From Iphione sp. A-MEVVRFRX5 (Eukaryota): DNA of 64,000 bases. Positions 13,401-26,300 of this stretch are shown one piece after another. The translations under genes were made by a program, and so were the position numbers. The stretch spans positions 57,970,001-58,034,000 of the forward strand of contig OZ320316.1 of NCBI GenBank assembly GCA_976226885.1, in the 5' to 3' direction. Within the stretch, counting starts at the first letter, position 1. Every line of letters starts with the position of its first letter. The notes below the pieces were generated by a model. The model ran no database searches and was not told where the DNA came from. It saw only the letters and a list, made by a program, of their open reading frames with translations.

Positions 13401-14576
13401 AGGGCGCATACACTTTGGAGCAGAAACTATATAGTTAGGATCGAGACAGGTTGGAATGGAAATTGATAAATACTCTTTGATGCAAATGGACATCTATAAA
13501 GACATATTTGGTAAGAGGACAGCCAGAGTTTGCAGTTCTGCGTGATGGCGTTCAGACATTAGATGAAGCTCTTTTAAAGGGAACAAAATACGGCAAGAAA
13601 GTCTAATTAAAAAATAAACATCTCTGTTAGATGACTGAAGCGGTGGGCTTCTAGAGACGGCAAACGGCTCACATTAAAACAGCATGTCGATAGAGACAAC
13701 CATAGGCAAGTCCTGCCTCATTGTCTATTATTCACCATACTCCGTCGGATAACACCCAGGCGTTTCCACAGTGATATTACATCTCGTGCTGTTCCCACCG
13801 TGTCACCTTCACAATAGCACATTGTACCAACTCTGCCTCCAGTAGGTTTAACCTAGCTGCCGCCTTGTCGGCCTATTGTGCTCTCCCTCTAGCGGACAAA
13901 AGCTCCTTTGCACGTAGACTCCTCCTCGATCGGATTCTTTTTACAGATGAGCTTAGTTACAGATGGATCATCTATCATTGGCCTCGTGCTTGAAGAGAGA
14001 TTATGCATTCGCCTGACAATAATCTCCTTTACTATATCCTTGTCTTCTACCATGTGTGAGGTACATCTTTTAATGCCGCAAAGCCTTGAGGCTCCTTTTC
14101 CACACTTTGTACTTGGATCCATTAATTAGAAGGGAAATCGATACCAAGGGCATGTTTCTTACTTAATGTTGACCCATGAAAATATGAATTGCTTTTTCAT
14201 GATTATTTGAGGGAATGTATAAAGTGATACAGATCCCCGGGTATTCTGGTCTCTCAATTCTCAACAATAGATTGTAGTATGCTCCCCCAGGAGGATATGT
14301 AAGAACTCTGTCATGTGATAGAGAATATCTAGTTCCTGGTTAAAGATACGATGAAAATGAAAAAAAAATCACCGCACATGAAGAACTGACAACTGAAGAA
14401 CTGACTACTTTTGCAACATATCCAAATATAATTCCAACCGAATTTGTTAAATTACCATAGCACAAAAAGCATATTTCTGACAGCACTTACGGTCCAATGC
14501 TGAATTGAGATGTGCATTATAAAGACTGTACATATTCGCTCTCACTTCCCTTCCTATTGCGCTGATAGAGCTGCAC

Positions 14577-14630
14577 AAAGAATGCGACTGAACGTGGCAT
14601 TAAAGTAAATAAAGAATGCGACTGAACGTG
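14577..14630 (+). repeat. 20-bp direct repeat AAAGAATGCGACTGAACGTG, 34-bp period
   Basis: Exact copies at 14577 and 14611. Confidence 0.9.
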
Positions 14631-15274
14631 ACCGGAGATAGACCCCCCTCTGTGGGCCTCTCTAAATTATTGCTCGATAATTATTCTTATCAAGAGCTGC
14701 TTCGTAGCTCTCGTCTTCTTTGATTAGGAAATTATATGAATGATTTTCCCATCGCATGCTTATCTTCAAGATGATTGAGCAATTCGTTAAAGTAAGATAA
14801 ATACACTCAAGTAACATTTTTTCATGATTTCTTAACAACTGGATCCTAAGGAAATATCAGAAAACATCTTGATACGCATTAAATCTGTTACTCTCGTAGA
14901 AGGTGAACCAGTACAGGGATCGTGCTGCTGAGTCCTAATAAAACAAGTTTCTGGTAACCCGACCAACCGTACATTATAGCCAATTGTAACTTTGTATTTT
15001 TTTCTTGTTTTTGAATAACTTCAGAATAAATAATGGTAGAGACCCATACAATACCTCATTTCGTTCCTTAGGCGATTATTTTCACATAATATCCCAATAC
15101 CACTTCCAACAGTGGTATTACATTTCTTGCTTTCATGAAGCATTAACATTGAAAAAAAAGAAAAGTAAAAAAATAATCAACTATTGATCAGCCCTCTTTA
15201 TCTGCATGTTACTGGGAACACAAAACTTATTTTTGCGCCTGATTATCTAACAAAATGAATACCTTTGTTTTTAG

Positions 15275-15511
15275 ACCCTCAGCCAAGAGGATCTTGAACG
15301 GTACATATACACACAAATCAACTTCACCACGTTCAGATTAATGAAGAACTTCGTCACTGACCTTCACGTCCCCAAGCCGTTTGAGAGAAACGAATACATC
15401 AACTCATATGACAGTTTGCTTACTCTGTATCATGGTATAAAGAATCACCATCGCCTTCGGGGCAGTTGCCATTGGATCGGCAAAGGCCCGATATATTCCA
15501 CCCTACATAAG
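15275..15511 (+). CDS. iGluR exon, ATD (TLSQEDLERYIYTQINFTTFRL..YDSLL..CHWIGKG..LHK)
   Basis: tttgtttttag| acceptor, |gtaaag donor; 79 codons; NxTxF, YD and C..W..G motifs. Confidence 0.85.
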
Positions 15512-16543
15512 GTAAAGCCCACTTTCTCTTGTGGAAAATGAATTGAACTCATAGCCCATTTCACGCTCCTGTTTTTAATAATTCCTGTCCTAAATCTTTG
15601 TTCACTTTTGAGAATTGGTAAGCGGTAGATAAAGAGGCTAAAAACCTAGATTCGAAACTTACAGTTCAAGAGGGAGCTAATATCATGCAACATTAAAACT
15701 CGTATCTTTTTGTATTAACGGTGGCTTCCTTTGTAACTCACAGTTTGGACGAAAAAAATATTAAATTAATCCTCCTTTAAAGGAATTAATGAATACTAAA
15801 CTAGGAAAAATGGATTATGACGGAGAAAAGCAAATCCTGTATTATCCTGCGAATAACAATTCATAGGGGTAAATAGAAATCCGCAGGAGAAAAGCCAGAC
15901 TTTGCCTTATTAGCCTGGTGAATTCAATCCAATCTTAGGTTTTCCTTAGATACCTTTTTCATAATAAAGTGATTTTTCACAGAGCAACGAAATCAAGTTT
16001 CGTCAGTAGGTACAACTGCAAAATATAATCTAGGATGGGCACAGTTCAGACAAAAGTGACTATTATAGCGTGTTAGCACGCATGTTCTTGACATATTTGT
16101 ACATGTTGCGTGTATGAAGCTATAGCTCGTTTCTTTCTTGGTCGTTGATGTACATGACCTATGGCATGGTCCCAGAAGGCTGTCTGATGTTTTATTCGGG
16201 TATTTTTATGTTCGTGTCACTAGCAGCGACGCTGATGGCATGGTGCTCTTACACTGATGCCCTAATGGGATTAAAACATTGCTTCCGGCGTAACAGGTGC
16301 ACCACTAGAAACAAACCCCAGAGAGTATCCAGACTGTCTTGCCATCCATTTTCACAATATCTTTCTTAATGTTGGCTCAGTTGTTAAATCCTCATGTTGT
16401 ATAGTAAAATGTTGGTGAGGGATATAAAACACTGAACATCCGCTTCGTAATGTACATTCTATTACGCACATAGAGACCATTTCAGCAGTAATTATCATTT
16501 GGATGCACTTTACAATTCCTCCATATTGACTTTTCCATTTCAG

Positions 16544-16648
16544 ATAGGAGATAATGGTGCTACTGGTTGGTTGTCTTTTGGTGAAGATGGGAGTCGACAA
16601 GGATATGTTGTTGGTGTCTACGGCTTAGGCATGGCGGGACTGTATCAG
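16544..16648 (+). CDS. iGluR exon, ATD end (IGDNGATGWLSFGEDGSRQGYVVGVYGLGMAGLYQ)
   Basis: ttttccatttcag| acceptor, |gtgggt donor; 'G.TG...F...G.R' motif; phase 0/0. Confidence 0.88.
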
Positions 16649-17495
16649 GTGGGTAATGTACTTCCCCGTATGTCACATTACGTACTTGTGAAAATTCCTT
16701 AATGTATGGAGATATGAATGGTATCTTTGAGACATACCTCTGGGTTTATTCAAACATAATCTCTGTGATAAAAGTGAAAATGAGGTAAAGTGATGAGAGG
16801 TTTTAATTATGTTCCTGGTCCAATTTAAACTGGTTATGTACAAGAAACATAAAACTGTGAAAATAAACGGTTATTTATTATTTTCATTCTGAAAGATGAG
16901 CTAGTTAACATATTTTCAAGCCCGTCTCAAAATAAACATCCCTAGATGGAATATCACAATTTGACAAAAATTGTAATAATTAGATGTAGGAAATGGATGA
17001 CACTACCGGAGATTCGTTCAAGATTAATTTGTGCAACTGCCTCAAACTTAGCTTTAGGGACGAATGAGCTATTATTTTATTCAGGCCACTTACATTGGAA
17101 GAAATGAGTGACAGTTTCCACCGTTATTGCATCCAGTGATGTCTAATAATGGCACGCGCTATTCAAGAGGGCCTCTTTTACTGTCTTCTCCAAGGCTGTT
17201 TCCACGGAGTAATCTCAGACAAGATGCCCTCCAAGGCACTTTTCTATCTGGCCAATGCTTTATCATTTGCCTCAAGGCTCCGCCGCCACTAATCCGCCCA
17301 ACCTCACCGGATAGTCGCCTCATTCCTTTCTCCTACAATCCCGGTAATTGTTCCATGCTGCCTACACCGCAGGCCATTGGTCGCCTGTTGAATGGCTGGG
17401 GAGATTCCCCCGTTTGCTGCGCTATCTGGTGGAAAGCAGCCGTGACTGCGCTATTCCTGCTACTCCCTACTTGACGCCTTTGCTTCTGTCGGCAG

Positions 17496-17624
17496 ATGGG
17501 CTTCTGGAACTCGTCTGAGCGTGCTGTGCTTCGTCGCCTCCGCATCACCGACACCGGTAGTTTCCGACAAGAACCGTTGTCGTACCCATTAGGCAAGGAG
17601 GTCGTCCAAGTTGTCACCGTTTTG
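17496..17624 (+). CDS. iGluR exon, ATD-S1 linker (MGFWNSS..KEVVQVVTVL)
   Basis: ggcag| acceptor, |gtaagg donor; 'G.W' and 'vvTi' motifs; 43 codons. Confidence 0.85.
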
Positions 17625-18448
17625 GTAAGGCTTGCACTGACTGTTATAAACAGCGCGTCCCCTCCAGAGAAGGAAACATACAAAAGGAAGTCAGTAGAAC
17701 GGGGCCTAAACGCAAACCACATAAAATATTACACCCAGCGGACCATATGCAAATAAATGGAAGGTTTTGACCTTATGCTTTTAGGGTTGTATTGCCCCAA
17801 ATATTTAATCTATCCTTAAGATGTGTGTTGCAACTTGATAATATGTGCCTATAATTATATTCATCGTACAATTTAATGAATTTCTTCGCCTTAAATATTG
17901 TTACTATACTATGTGAGTGTAGGTCAAACTTAATGAAGAAAACTGATTGAAAGCCCTCCGCAATGAAATTACCATGAATGTAAAAATGTGTCCAACAGTC
18001 ATGTAAAAGACTTGGAAAGATTAAATGGTTGACAGCCTTCGTGAGAGGTGTTAGATGTACAGAGGAACCTCGTGGATCAGGCTGATGGAAAGCTTTGGTC
18101 GGGATTTGTCGTTCATCTTCTGCTGTAGGCACAGTCCCGACCGAATCTATACACAATCTATAGCTCCATGAATTGGCAATGTTGCTTGCCCCGGTCGAAT
18201 AGCTGTCGGTCCGTACCGACCGTCTACTGAATCCATCCCATCACAAAACACATCGACGTATAGGATCGAAGATAGCGGCGAGAGTGCCCAACTTTTAGGT
18301 GCAGGGTCTCAAAGGGTCCTGAAAGGCAACTATTGCGGCAATTGCTAAGGTGATTCCGAGCTGGAAGTAGCTGATGAAGGATTATAGCCAACGCAGTAGG
18401 ATCGGGCGAAATGGCTTCACTGATGCGTGTTTGAATTGTGTCTTTCAG

Positions 18449-18652
18449 GACGATCCGTTTGTTCGGCTCAAAGAAGATCAGCATTTGTTGTCGGGTAACG
18501 ACCGTTTTGAAGGTTTCGCCATTGACCTCTTATCAAATGTGGCTGCGCTGCTTCAGTTTAAATATCAACTTTACATCGCACCTGATGGTCTGTTTGGGAA
18601 CAAGACGCCGCAAGGAACATGGACAGGTGTCATTGGCGAGCTGCTCAACGGG
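18449..18652 (+). CDS. iGluR exon, S1 (DDPFV..RFEGFAIDLL..DGLFG..WTGVIGELLNG)
   Basis: tctttcag| acceptor, |gtaaaa donor; canonical S1 motifs. Confidence 0.95.
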
Positions 18653-19586
18653 GTAAAACGAGTTCACTCTCTCTTCAGACATAGCTGAAGATTCTGACCA
18701 CCATAGGGATTGGCTATTTTTAGAAACATTCCCGTAACCTAACGATAGGTGTATTGTAGTTCAGTACTTTTCCATTCTGGCGTCCTCTGCCCCTTCCGAT
18801 CGTTCTACTTGCGTAGACCCTTGAGAATTTTGTTTGTTTCGCCCTCCGGTTTGGCCAAGCAACCCCCATTGTTGATAGGTTCAAAGGTTTGCCCCCGTAG
18901 GGAGACTTCTGCTGCGGAGAGTATTAGCTGGAATCTCTCGTGCGGATTCGTCTGTATACATGAAACTGGCAACGTGGGTAACAGAATTGCCATGGGTAAC
19001 CATTAGCTATATTCAAAGGACCAATAGAAACCAATCAATCATTTGTGTGTTTATTAGTGTCTGATACGCAGTGTGCCGACTGCAAGGTACTCATTGTTAT
19101 TCGTCGAGAAACAATAGTGTTATTCACATATTTGGCTGACATCGCTCTTCAAAACGGCATTTCATTACGAATTTTGGATGATATTTCGTGCAATATCCAA
19201 TGAAACTTTCTATTCACTAAAAATATAAATCAATGTAATCTGTTAAAAGAATATTTTTATCGTGACAGTGCCAATATTCTGAATGCATGAAGTTCACACA
19301 ATAGAAATAATGATTCTATACAATAGAACAAAATCATTTTCTTTGTCCCCAAGAGTCATGAATGGAACGGTGCTTTGCTTAATGACTGTACTGCATATAT
19401 ATACATATGTTCTATAGACCATTTGATAATTATTTCAGTAAGTTTAGCATCCTCGTGAGGTTCTCTCTTTTGGCAAATATACTTTCGTCTAAAAAAGTTC
19501 TCTTTAAATAACTGATTTTTCGTCTCAAGTGATTAATATATATTGACATATGTATGGGTCTCAATAAAGGTTCGATTTGCTTGCAG

Positions 19587-20428
19587 AATGCATCTCTGGC
19601 TGTGGCGCCACTTGCTATCACCTCTAACCGGAAGGAGGTGATAGACTTTACGGAGCCCTTCTTCACTACCAGCTACTCCATCGTCATGCAGAGGCACACA
19701 CAGCGCCACTCCATGTTCCATCTGCTCAGTCCCCTGTCCCTCTTCGTCTGGGTGCTCATGGTGGTAGTGTTCCTCGTGATTAGCATGACTCTGTACGTTG
19801 TCGACCGCCTGGCGCCAGGAAGCGGCAATGAATCGTCCAAGCACCGCCTGACGGCGAGCGACAGTCTCTGGTTTACGTTCGCCTCCATGGCGTTGCGGGT
19901 GACGGACATTGTGCCCCGTTCTATATCCAGCCGTATTCTGGCCGGGTCGCTGTGGCTATTCAGCATCATCATGATTTCCACCTACACGGCCAACCTGGCC
20001 GCCTTCCTCACCGTGTTTCGTTTCAGTGCTCCCGTACAGAGCATCCAGGACCTGGCGTTGCAGAGCCACGTTGCTTACGGCACGGTAAGGGGCAGCCATG
20101 TGAGTGCCTTCTTCGAGAACAGCAAGTTGCCGCACTTCCAGCGGATGTGGTACGTCATGTCTGCTGGCGATCAAGCAGGCATGGTCAACTCCACCCAGGA
20201 GGGGTTTGACAGGGTCGCCCAAAGTGCCGGAGACTATGCCTTCCTGTGGCAAACTTATCAAATACGGTTGCGCACCAGCGTCAACTGCGACCTCTATGAG
20301 GTCGGTCAAACTTTTGGCCTGCGGGAGTATGGACTCGGGGTGCCAAAAGGCACGCACTATAGGGACAAACTGTCTATAGCAATCCTCCGTTTACGGGAGA
20401 ACGGCAAGCTGCAAGAACTGGAGCATAG
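19587..20428 (+). CDS. iGluR exon: S1 end, M1, M2 pore loop, M3 (TYTANLAAF), S2
   Basis: ttgcag| acceptor, |gtaaga donor; LAVAPLAITSNRKEVIDFTEPF, SLWF, PRS.S.R, YTANLAAFLT, YGTV, YAFLW, YGLGVPKG and L+ENGKLQEL. Confidence 0.97.
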
Positions 20429-22061
20429 GTAAGAGATAATGTAGACAATGTTTTTTTCAGTACTTTATGCAAATTCGTATCTTTCCAGAAATGTAATCAG
20501 AGGTATCTTTTCTAGATCAATTAGAGGCCTTGACTCATTCAAATACGCTGTAGACAAACCTCACGAATAAGGTTGAGTTAATGTGACTGTGAGACTGTTT
20601 TGCAATTATTTCCACGGAGACAACTTCTCCAAAATCAAGCAAACATGTAAGCTCACTACCCAAAATAACCCATCCAAAAACACTTTGATTACAGTACCCT
20701 TAAAGAATAGCTAAGGTAGAATTTTCAACGTGGGGTAATTGGGAAGGGGAAAAGGTGTCACTTGCTTGTTATGCCAAGTTTATTAACGCCGAGAATGTTC
20801 GGTGGTAGCAGGCAGCTTCTATTACTGAGAAGTGCCGACGCAAATAGACCGCCCTTGGTCGCCTGCATGGTGCATTTGGATTCGCAGCACTTCCGACCTA
20901 GTAGGTGAAGCAGCGGTGTAAGATTCTATCACATTAACGTGCAATTACCTGAGCTAAAAGTACGGGAGGAGCCAAGCAAGTAAACCAAGGCAGGAGACAG
21001 GAGATGAAAGGACCTCGAGCTACTTTCATTGCTGAGTTGCCGGTAGAAATGAAAGCCGAGGTCTTTTCTTATCGCTCTCCCAGAATACTAATGATCACAA
21101 GCAACAAGGATTTGGCGCAGCGAGTATTGGTCATTGGCTGCGGTCCTTACAGGCCGTTCGTTCATCGACGGCGCCCGTTGCTGCGCGAACTTCTATTAGA
21201 CGTTTGCCGCCTGGACGCCATTGTTGGTCACAGAGCAGAATCAAGAGCCCCGGAGAGCTAAAGGTTGCGGCACCCCCCTGGTGCTGGCGCCACTGGGAGG
21301 GCTGAGGGCCACACCCAGGACTGCAACTCCTGCTCCTATCCTAAAGTAAGCAGCGGACAGTGTCGCTAACCCCTGCTTGCGCCAATGCCTTTCGGGGCAA
21401 CGCGCACAATAACAATCAGTCGACGCCGTGATTGATCAGCTCGCCAAGTCCTCAGTGTAACTGACGAAGGCCAATCGCCCGTGAAATTATCGACATAGCC
21501 ATCGACCTGGCGGATGATAAAACCCCCCAGGGTAACATCTATCAAAACATACTTGCCATTCCTCAAGTCAGACAGGCTCGTGCAGTGGTTTCTTGTGTTG
21601 ACAATAGGCATTTAGCGAACTGCCCTTTCCCTGGAAGGGTTTGATCTCATACGACGAGCAACTTTTGCCTCTTTGGTTACTCAATGAAACCTGGGATGGT
21701 TTAAGCGCAAGTGCGTATTATTAAAAGGGCACGTGGCTCATCTAATCGCAGTATTGTATATGTTAACCTGTCTTCTCGCATGATATCGATAATTTATTTG
21801 CATTAAAAGTCTAAAACAATATACACACGCTTGTCCTGAGTACTCGCTCATGGAAGTACTATACTTTGACGCATCTATTGATATTAATTCGTGAACCATA
21901 TGGTGAAGGTAAATGTCGTTCCCTGTAAGAATGCATGCAGTGGGTGCATGGTGGTTTAAGTGCAAGGCGTTCATTGGATTCTCACTGCATCTTCTTCGCT
22001 GATCCAAGCCCATTACGCACTGCCTCATCCATTCATGGGACATTTTCTGTGCTTCTTTCAG

Positions 22062-22245
22062 GTGGTTTCATAGCAGGAAGTGCAAACCCCCCTCCCCGAG
22101 TGCTCACGCGGCGGATTCTATATCCATAGAAGACGTAGCTGGACTTTTCATTATCTTGGGTGCTGGCGTCGTACTGGCACTCGGCACCTCGTTATTTGAA
22201 TATTGCTACAGGATTAAACGCCGCAGGAAAACTACTAAAAATAGG
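22062..22245 (+). CDS. iGluR exon: S2 end, M4, proximal C-tail (RWFHSRKC..VAGLFIILGAGVVLALGTSLFEYCY..)
   Basis: cttctttcag| acceptor; phase 2 completes AGG/Arg; M4 motif 'vaGlF.il..G..la....E'; |gtaaag donor, phase 0. Confidence 0.93.
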
Positions 22246-22691
22246 GTAAAGATACCATACTCGTTATAAACGCACTGCTTAATTTCTGTGCAGATTTCTG
22301 CAAATCGGAGACGGACCATAGTTCTACCAATTTTCTGTAGATGGCGCTCGGCAATCCCCAAAGTAGTGCTTCAAAATTACTCACTGAATTACTTCTCCTC
22401 CTAGAACTGTAAATACGACGTCATATATTGTATACAAATTCTTTAAATTGAACTCGAAATAAAATTATTCATTTGCCCTCATAGGTTCATCTTGATCACT
22501 TCAATGCATATTTCACAGAATATACAATGCAGAAGGTATATACTCTGATACAATCATACAAAAATTCCTGTTACTTGCTTCCACATATGTTCTATATATA
22601 CCGGCATTTTTACATATCATATTCAATATTTACATGTATAACTATCACGTTCTCTCTCCATCATACGGACATACCAACATATTTTAATCAG

Positions 22692-22810
22692 AATCCTTTG
22701 AATAGTTATCAAGGCAGAATGAGTATTACAGAAAATATGACCATCCCAGAAAGACGACCGCAGAAAATATATCTGTTGAAAAGGTTATTCCAAAGCGAAC
22801 GCCTCAGAGC
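22692..22810 (+). CDS. Candidate alternative C-tail exon (NPLNSYQGRMSITENMTIPERR..)
   Basis: ttttaatcag| acceptor, phase 0; both donors (gttatt after 22783, gtcagt after 22810) are phase 2. Confidence 0.35.
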
Positions 22811-22975
22811 GTCAGTGGAAGAATGGCTGGGTTGTGGTGTCTTGGGAAGTCGATGTGCGGGTGGTGTCCTGTGTTAGTTATTTTGTGTTGACCTTTATGT
22901 AGCGAGTAGTAGGCTGACAGTCACCGGCTCGCGTGGCTGTTGTTAGCGTCTCGATCCTGTTTTTGGTTGTTTCAG

Positions 22976-23303
22976 AAGGTGCCAGAAGAAAGCGTCTACA
23001 CCAAACCACTTTGCGACGGAAACGTGTCAGGGGCACTCCAAATGGAGGAGCCGTTTCTCTCCCCAGTCGCCTCATACACCGGATCGAAGCAAACGCAAAT
23101 CTTCTGACAGTCCGTGCCCACTCATCGTCATCACTGACACCACGTCATCGTCAGCCAGTGCCCACATCTCGCAACGTCATCGCGCTGCTACCGCCACCGC
23201 CACGTCTACCGCCAAATCCACGACGTCATCTTCGTGCCCGCGCAGCCCGCCCAGCGTTCCGAGATACACTGATCCTGTCCAGGACACAGAAGTGGGTCGC
23301 TGA
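22976..23303 (+). CDS. Candidate terminal iGluR exon: short tail to 23107 (KVPEES..TQIF*) or long Ser/Thr-rich tail to 23303 (..DTEVGR*)
   Basis: tgtttttggttgtttcag| acceptor; phase-0 reading gives 43 aa; phase-2 reading is open for 108 codons after the split codon. Confidence 0.55.
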
Positions 23304-26300
23304 CCGGTCCAAACAAGGGCATCTAGTGCACAGACCGAGGTTGGCCCAACCAGCTGAGGGGCAACCTTGTTACCTTTGGCACCTTGCACTGTCAGTTCGC
23401 CTCCCTCCCCCAACCTCCTTACAGATGCATTTCGCCGTCGCAGATTGGTGAAAGCACAAGCTCAAACTGAAACCTTCGCGTCTCATTTCCTCTCGACAGA
23501 GACGACATCATCTTGAGACTTCCATTGTCCATTGAGACAACTATGCTGATTTAAACCTGTTGTCTTGATGCCTGCTACTGTGCCGCTATACAACTGACCC
23601 GAAGCAGTCCCTTCCCTCCTCCAGGTTCCCTCGGGCGTATAATCCTAAAGGCACTACATTAATAGCGAAACCTTTCCCGATAACAGGCCCATGGATAGGA
23701 CCCATAATAGAGAATGATTAGACAGAGCTAGCAGATGGATAAGCCCGTGTACTGCTTCTGACTGCCTCCTATTAAAAGGTAAGGGCCTGGCCAATCGGTA
23801 GGACGTCCGTCCCTGGCGCTGGAAATTGGACTGTCAATTGGACGATGGGGAGACGCTAAGCCCTCCCACTACTACCATAGGTGTCCATTAGCAGCCTCGG
23901 CCCAAAATGGTCAGGAATAGGGTGGGCCCTAACGTGTGGCGCCTTCCCTAGCAATTGACACATTACCTAGACAACTGGCGGCGACAGGCAGTGCGCCAGT
24001 TCGGCATCTTCGGAAGATCACTTTGTAGGAAAATGCCAGTGTCCTTTTGACATTTGCTCTCGATGTCCCCAGTCCAGCCCTCCCAATCAGTCCCATAGAG
24101 TCGGTTCCCTCCTGTATTCTGCTCCGGTCTAAAGTCAGTCCCCTGTCGGTCATTTTCACTCATGGCTTATACCATTCCAAGGCCATAGAGTAAAAGCCCA
24201 GGAACGATTTTAAGTGTTATCTCACCGTGTGTAGATCGAACTTTCGGTTTGTTCTCCTGTTGCCATATCCGTTAGCGACAGGACATTGTATGAAACGCGG
24301 TATCGGTTTAATTATTCTGCTACTATAAATAAATGTGTAACCATTACAGAACATTACAGCCCTCGTATCTTAATTAGAGGGACAGGATTAAAGTTATTGT
24401 AACGTGTATATCTCCTGATTAAAGACGTTTATTTATATTACCTTTTGTATTTTTATTCAAATATAGACTGTTTCGAATCTTACAATGTGTTCCTGATATC
24501 TTATTTCTGCGCATAGGTGTAACCCATGTTTCGTTGCTTTCAAAATAAAAGGTAAAGCAGATTTGAAGCTGAGCAATCCGTAATGACAGTAGGACGGGTT
24601 TTATTCAGATACACCCCTTAAGTTGAGTTAATCCCAAACGAGTTGATTCACATCAAAATGTTTGTTGTTAGAACTCTAAATCCGACACCCATACATTAGA
24701 CAAAATTGAGACGTGAGCTTAACACTTAAACAAATGGAATATTATGACCCGCACTACCATGTACAATAGATAATTTCTATTCAACCTATTCGTTTGCCGG
24801 ACATTTGCGCCAAGTAATCAATCGTCAGAAGTGTAAATGCATCGAAGGCGGTCCGAAAGTGAGGATCGAGTTGTCCAAGCAAGCAAGAATATTCTTTGGT
24901 CCATAGCTCATGAGAATGGGGCGGGAACACCGAGCCAGGTACTGAGCAATCCATGTCTAAGCTGGCGAAACGGGAGGACCCGATACGTAGGGATTGCGGA
25001 CGATGCAAGATGAATGGCATTAGAAGCAGGCATAAACTGTGCCGCATGACTTTACAGCCGTTTAATGAGCTCGCCGACAGAGCAGCGACACCACAGAGCG
25101 ACTGATTCATGTACATTAGTGTCAACCACTAAACCAGGCACCCAATACTTCTTCCCGTCATTCCGGGCTCAACTTCCGGTTGCCAGATTCTACCGGAGAT
25201 TAGATGCTACGCATCGTCTCGCTTCTTTTGGTAACTTTTGTAGATTGAAAAGAAGTTGCCTACAGCCCGACCATCTGGTAATAGTCTCGTATCGCTGACT
25301 AAACTATTTAACTCGGTAGACTCTGAATATTTTACTCCAATGGATAATTATTGCGCTGTAATATATTGTTAGATGTTTTACTTGTGTAATGAGTCTCTTC
25401 CGGGACTTCCTCGTTAGTAAAAGAACAAGGTAGCGCCTTTGTCATTAGCAAAATGGAGGGGATATGTCCATTAACTTGTATACAATACAATAATTTAATG
25501 TGTCGGTCTTTTATACCGCTCGTTTCAACACAAGTACAGGCATTTAGTTAAATGCCAACATAAAATACGCGTTGTTGACGAATATGTTGGTGGTGAACGT
25601 CTATGGTGCCAACCGAGTTCATGGTTGTGAAGGGATAATTATGTCAGTTATATGGAGTATTTATTCCGTGCTTTCTGCCACCTTGTTCGACTGCCTGGTG
25701 ATAACGCCGACAGAAATTGTGCCTGCCAAGTAAGGAGCCATCGGGGAAAATACAGCAACACTGGGTGCTGTCATTGGGATGCGAAATACTATCTACAGTC
25801 CGGTCGTCCTTAGTAGTTTAAGCAGCAAAGGTCGAGCAAAAGAGCACTGACGCGACCTCCTCCTGCCTTGAGTACGTGGAGTAGGAACGTATTTGAAGCA
25901 CTGCAGATATTGAAGCCATACAGGGGGCCAAGGGAACTTGTGATCGGCAGACTCTCGACATTATGGCTATACTTCCGCAAAAGCCCAACTACTGCAGAAA
26001 AGTCCAGAGATGCGCACATGCAGTCGATTGGACTCGAAGACTAATTTGGCGCACGAAAGGAGTGTCATTGGCGCCCACTAAGTGGTCATTGAGGGGGATG
26101 TGCCTTTTCAGCACCGGAGCGGGACGATGCACACCCGAGAGGGTGATCCGCACTAATCACCTACCCGTCCGATGACGACGAAGGCTTCAATGGCCATGAC
26201 GTGACGTCAGAGAACTCGGAAAACCCAATCAACGTGCGCAAGATCGTCGACATCTCAGAGACTGATCCTCACTTAGCGCCCCATCAATTGGCTTACTCTA

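Noticed and set aside
14577-14630. Direct repeats as a possible CRISPR-like array
   Set aside because: Only two copies, a 14-nt spacer, eukaryotic context and no cas genes.
21269-21283. CTCF-like GGCACCCCCCTGGTG
   Set aside because: The G-run is one base too long for the core consensus, and the match is isolated.
25400-25440. ACT-TCCTCGTT-AGT, matching HDV ribozyme P3/L3
   Set aside because: No P1 starting with G, no GG for P1.1, and no J4/2-P2.
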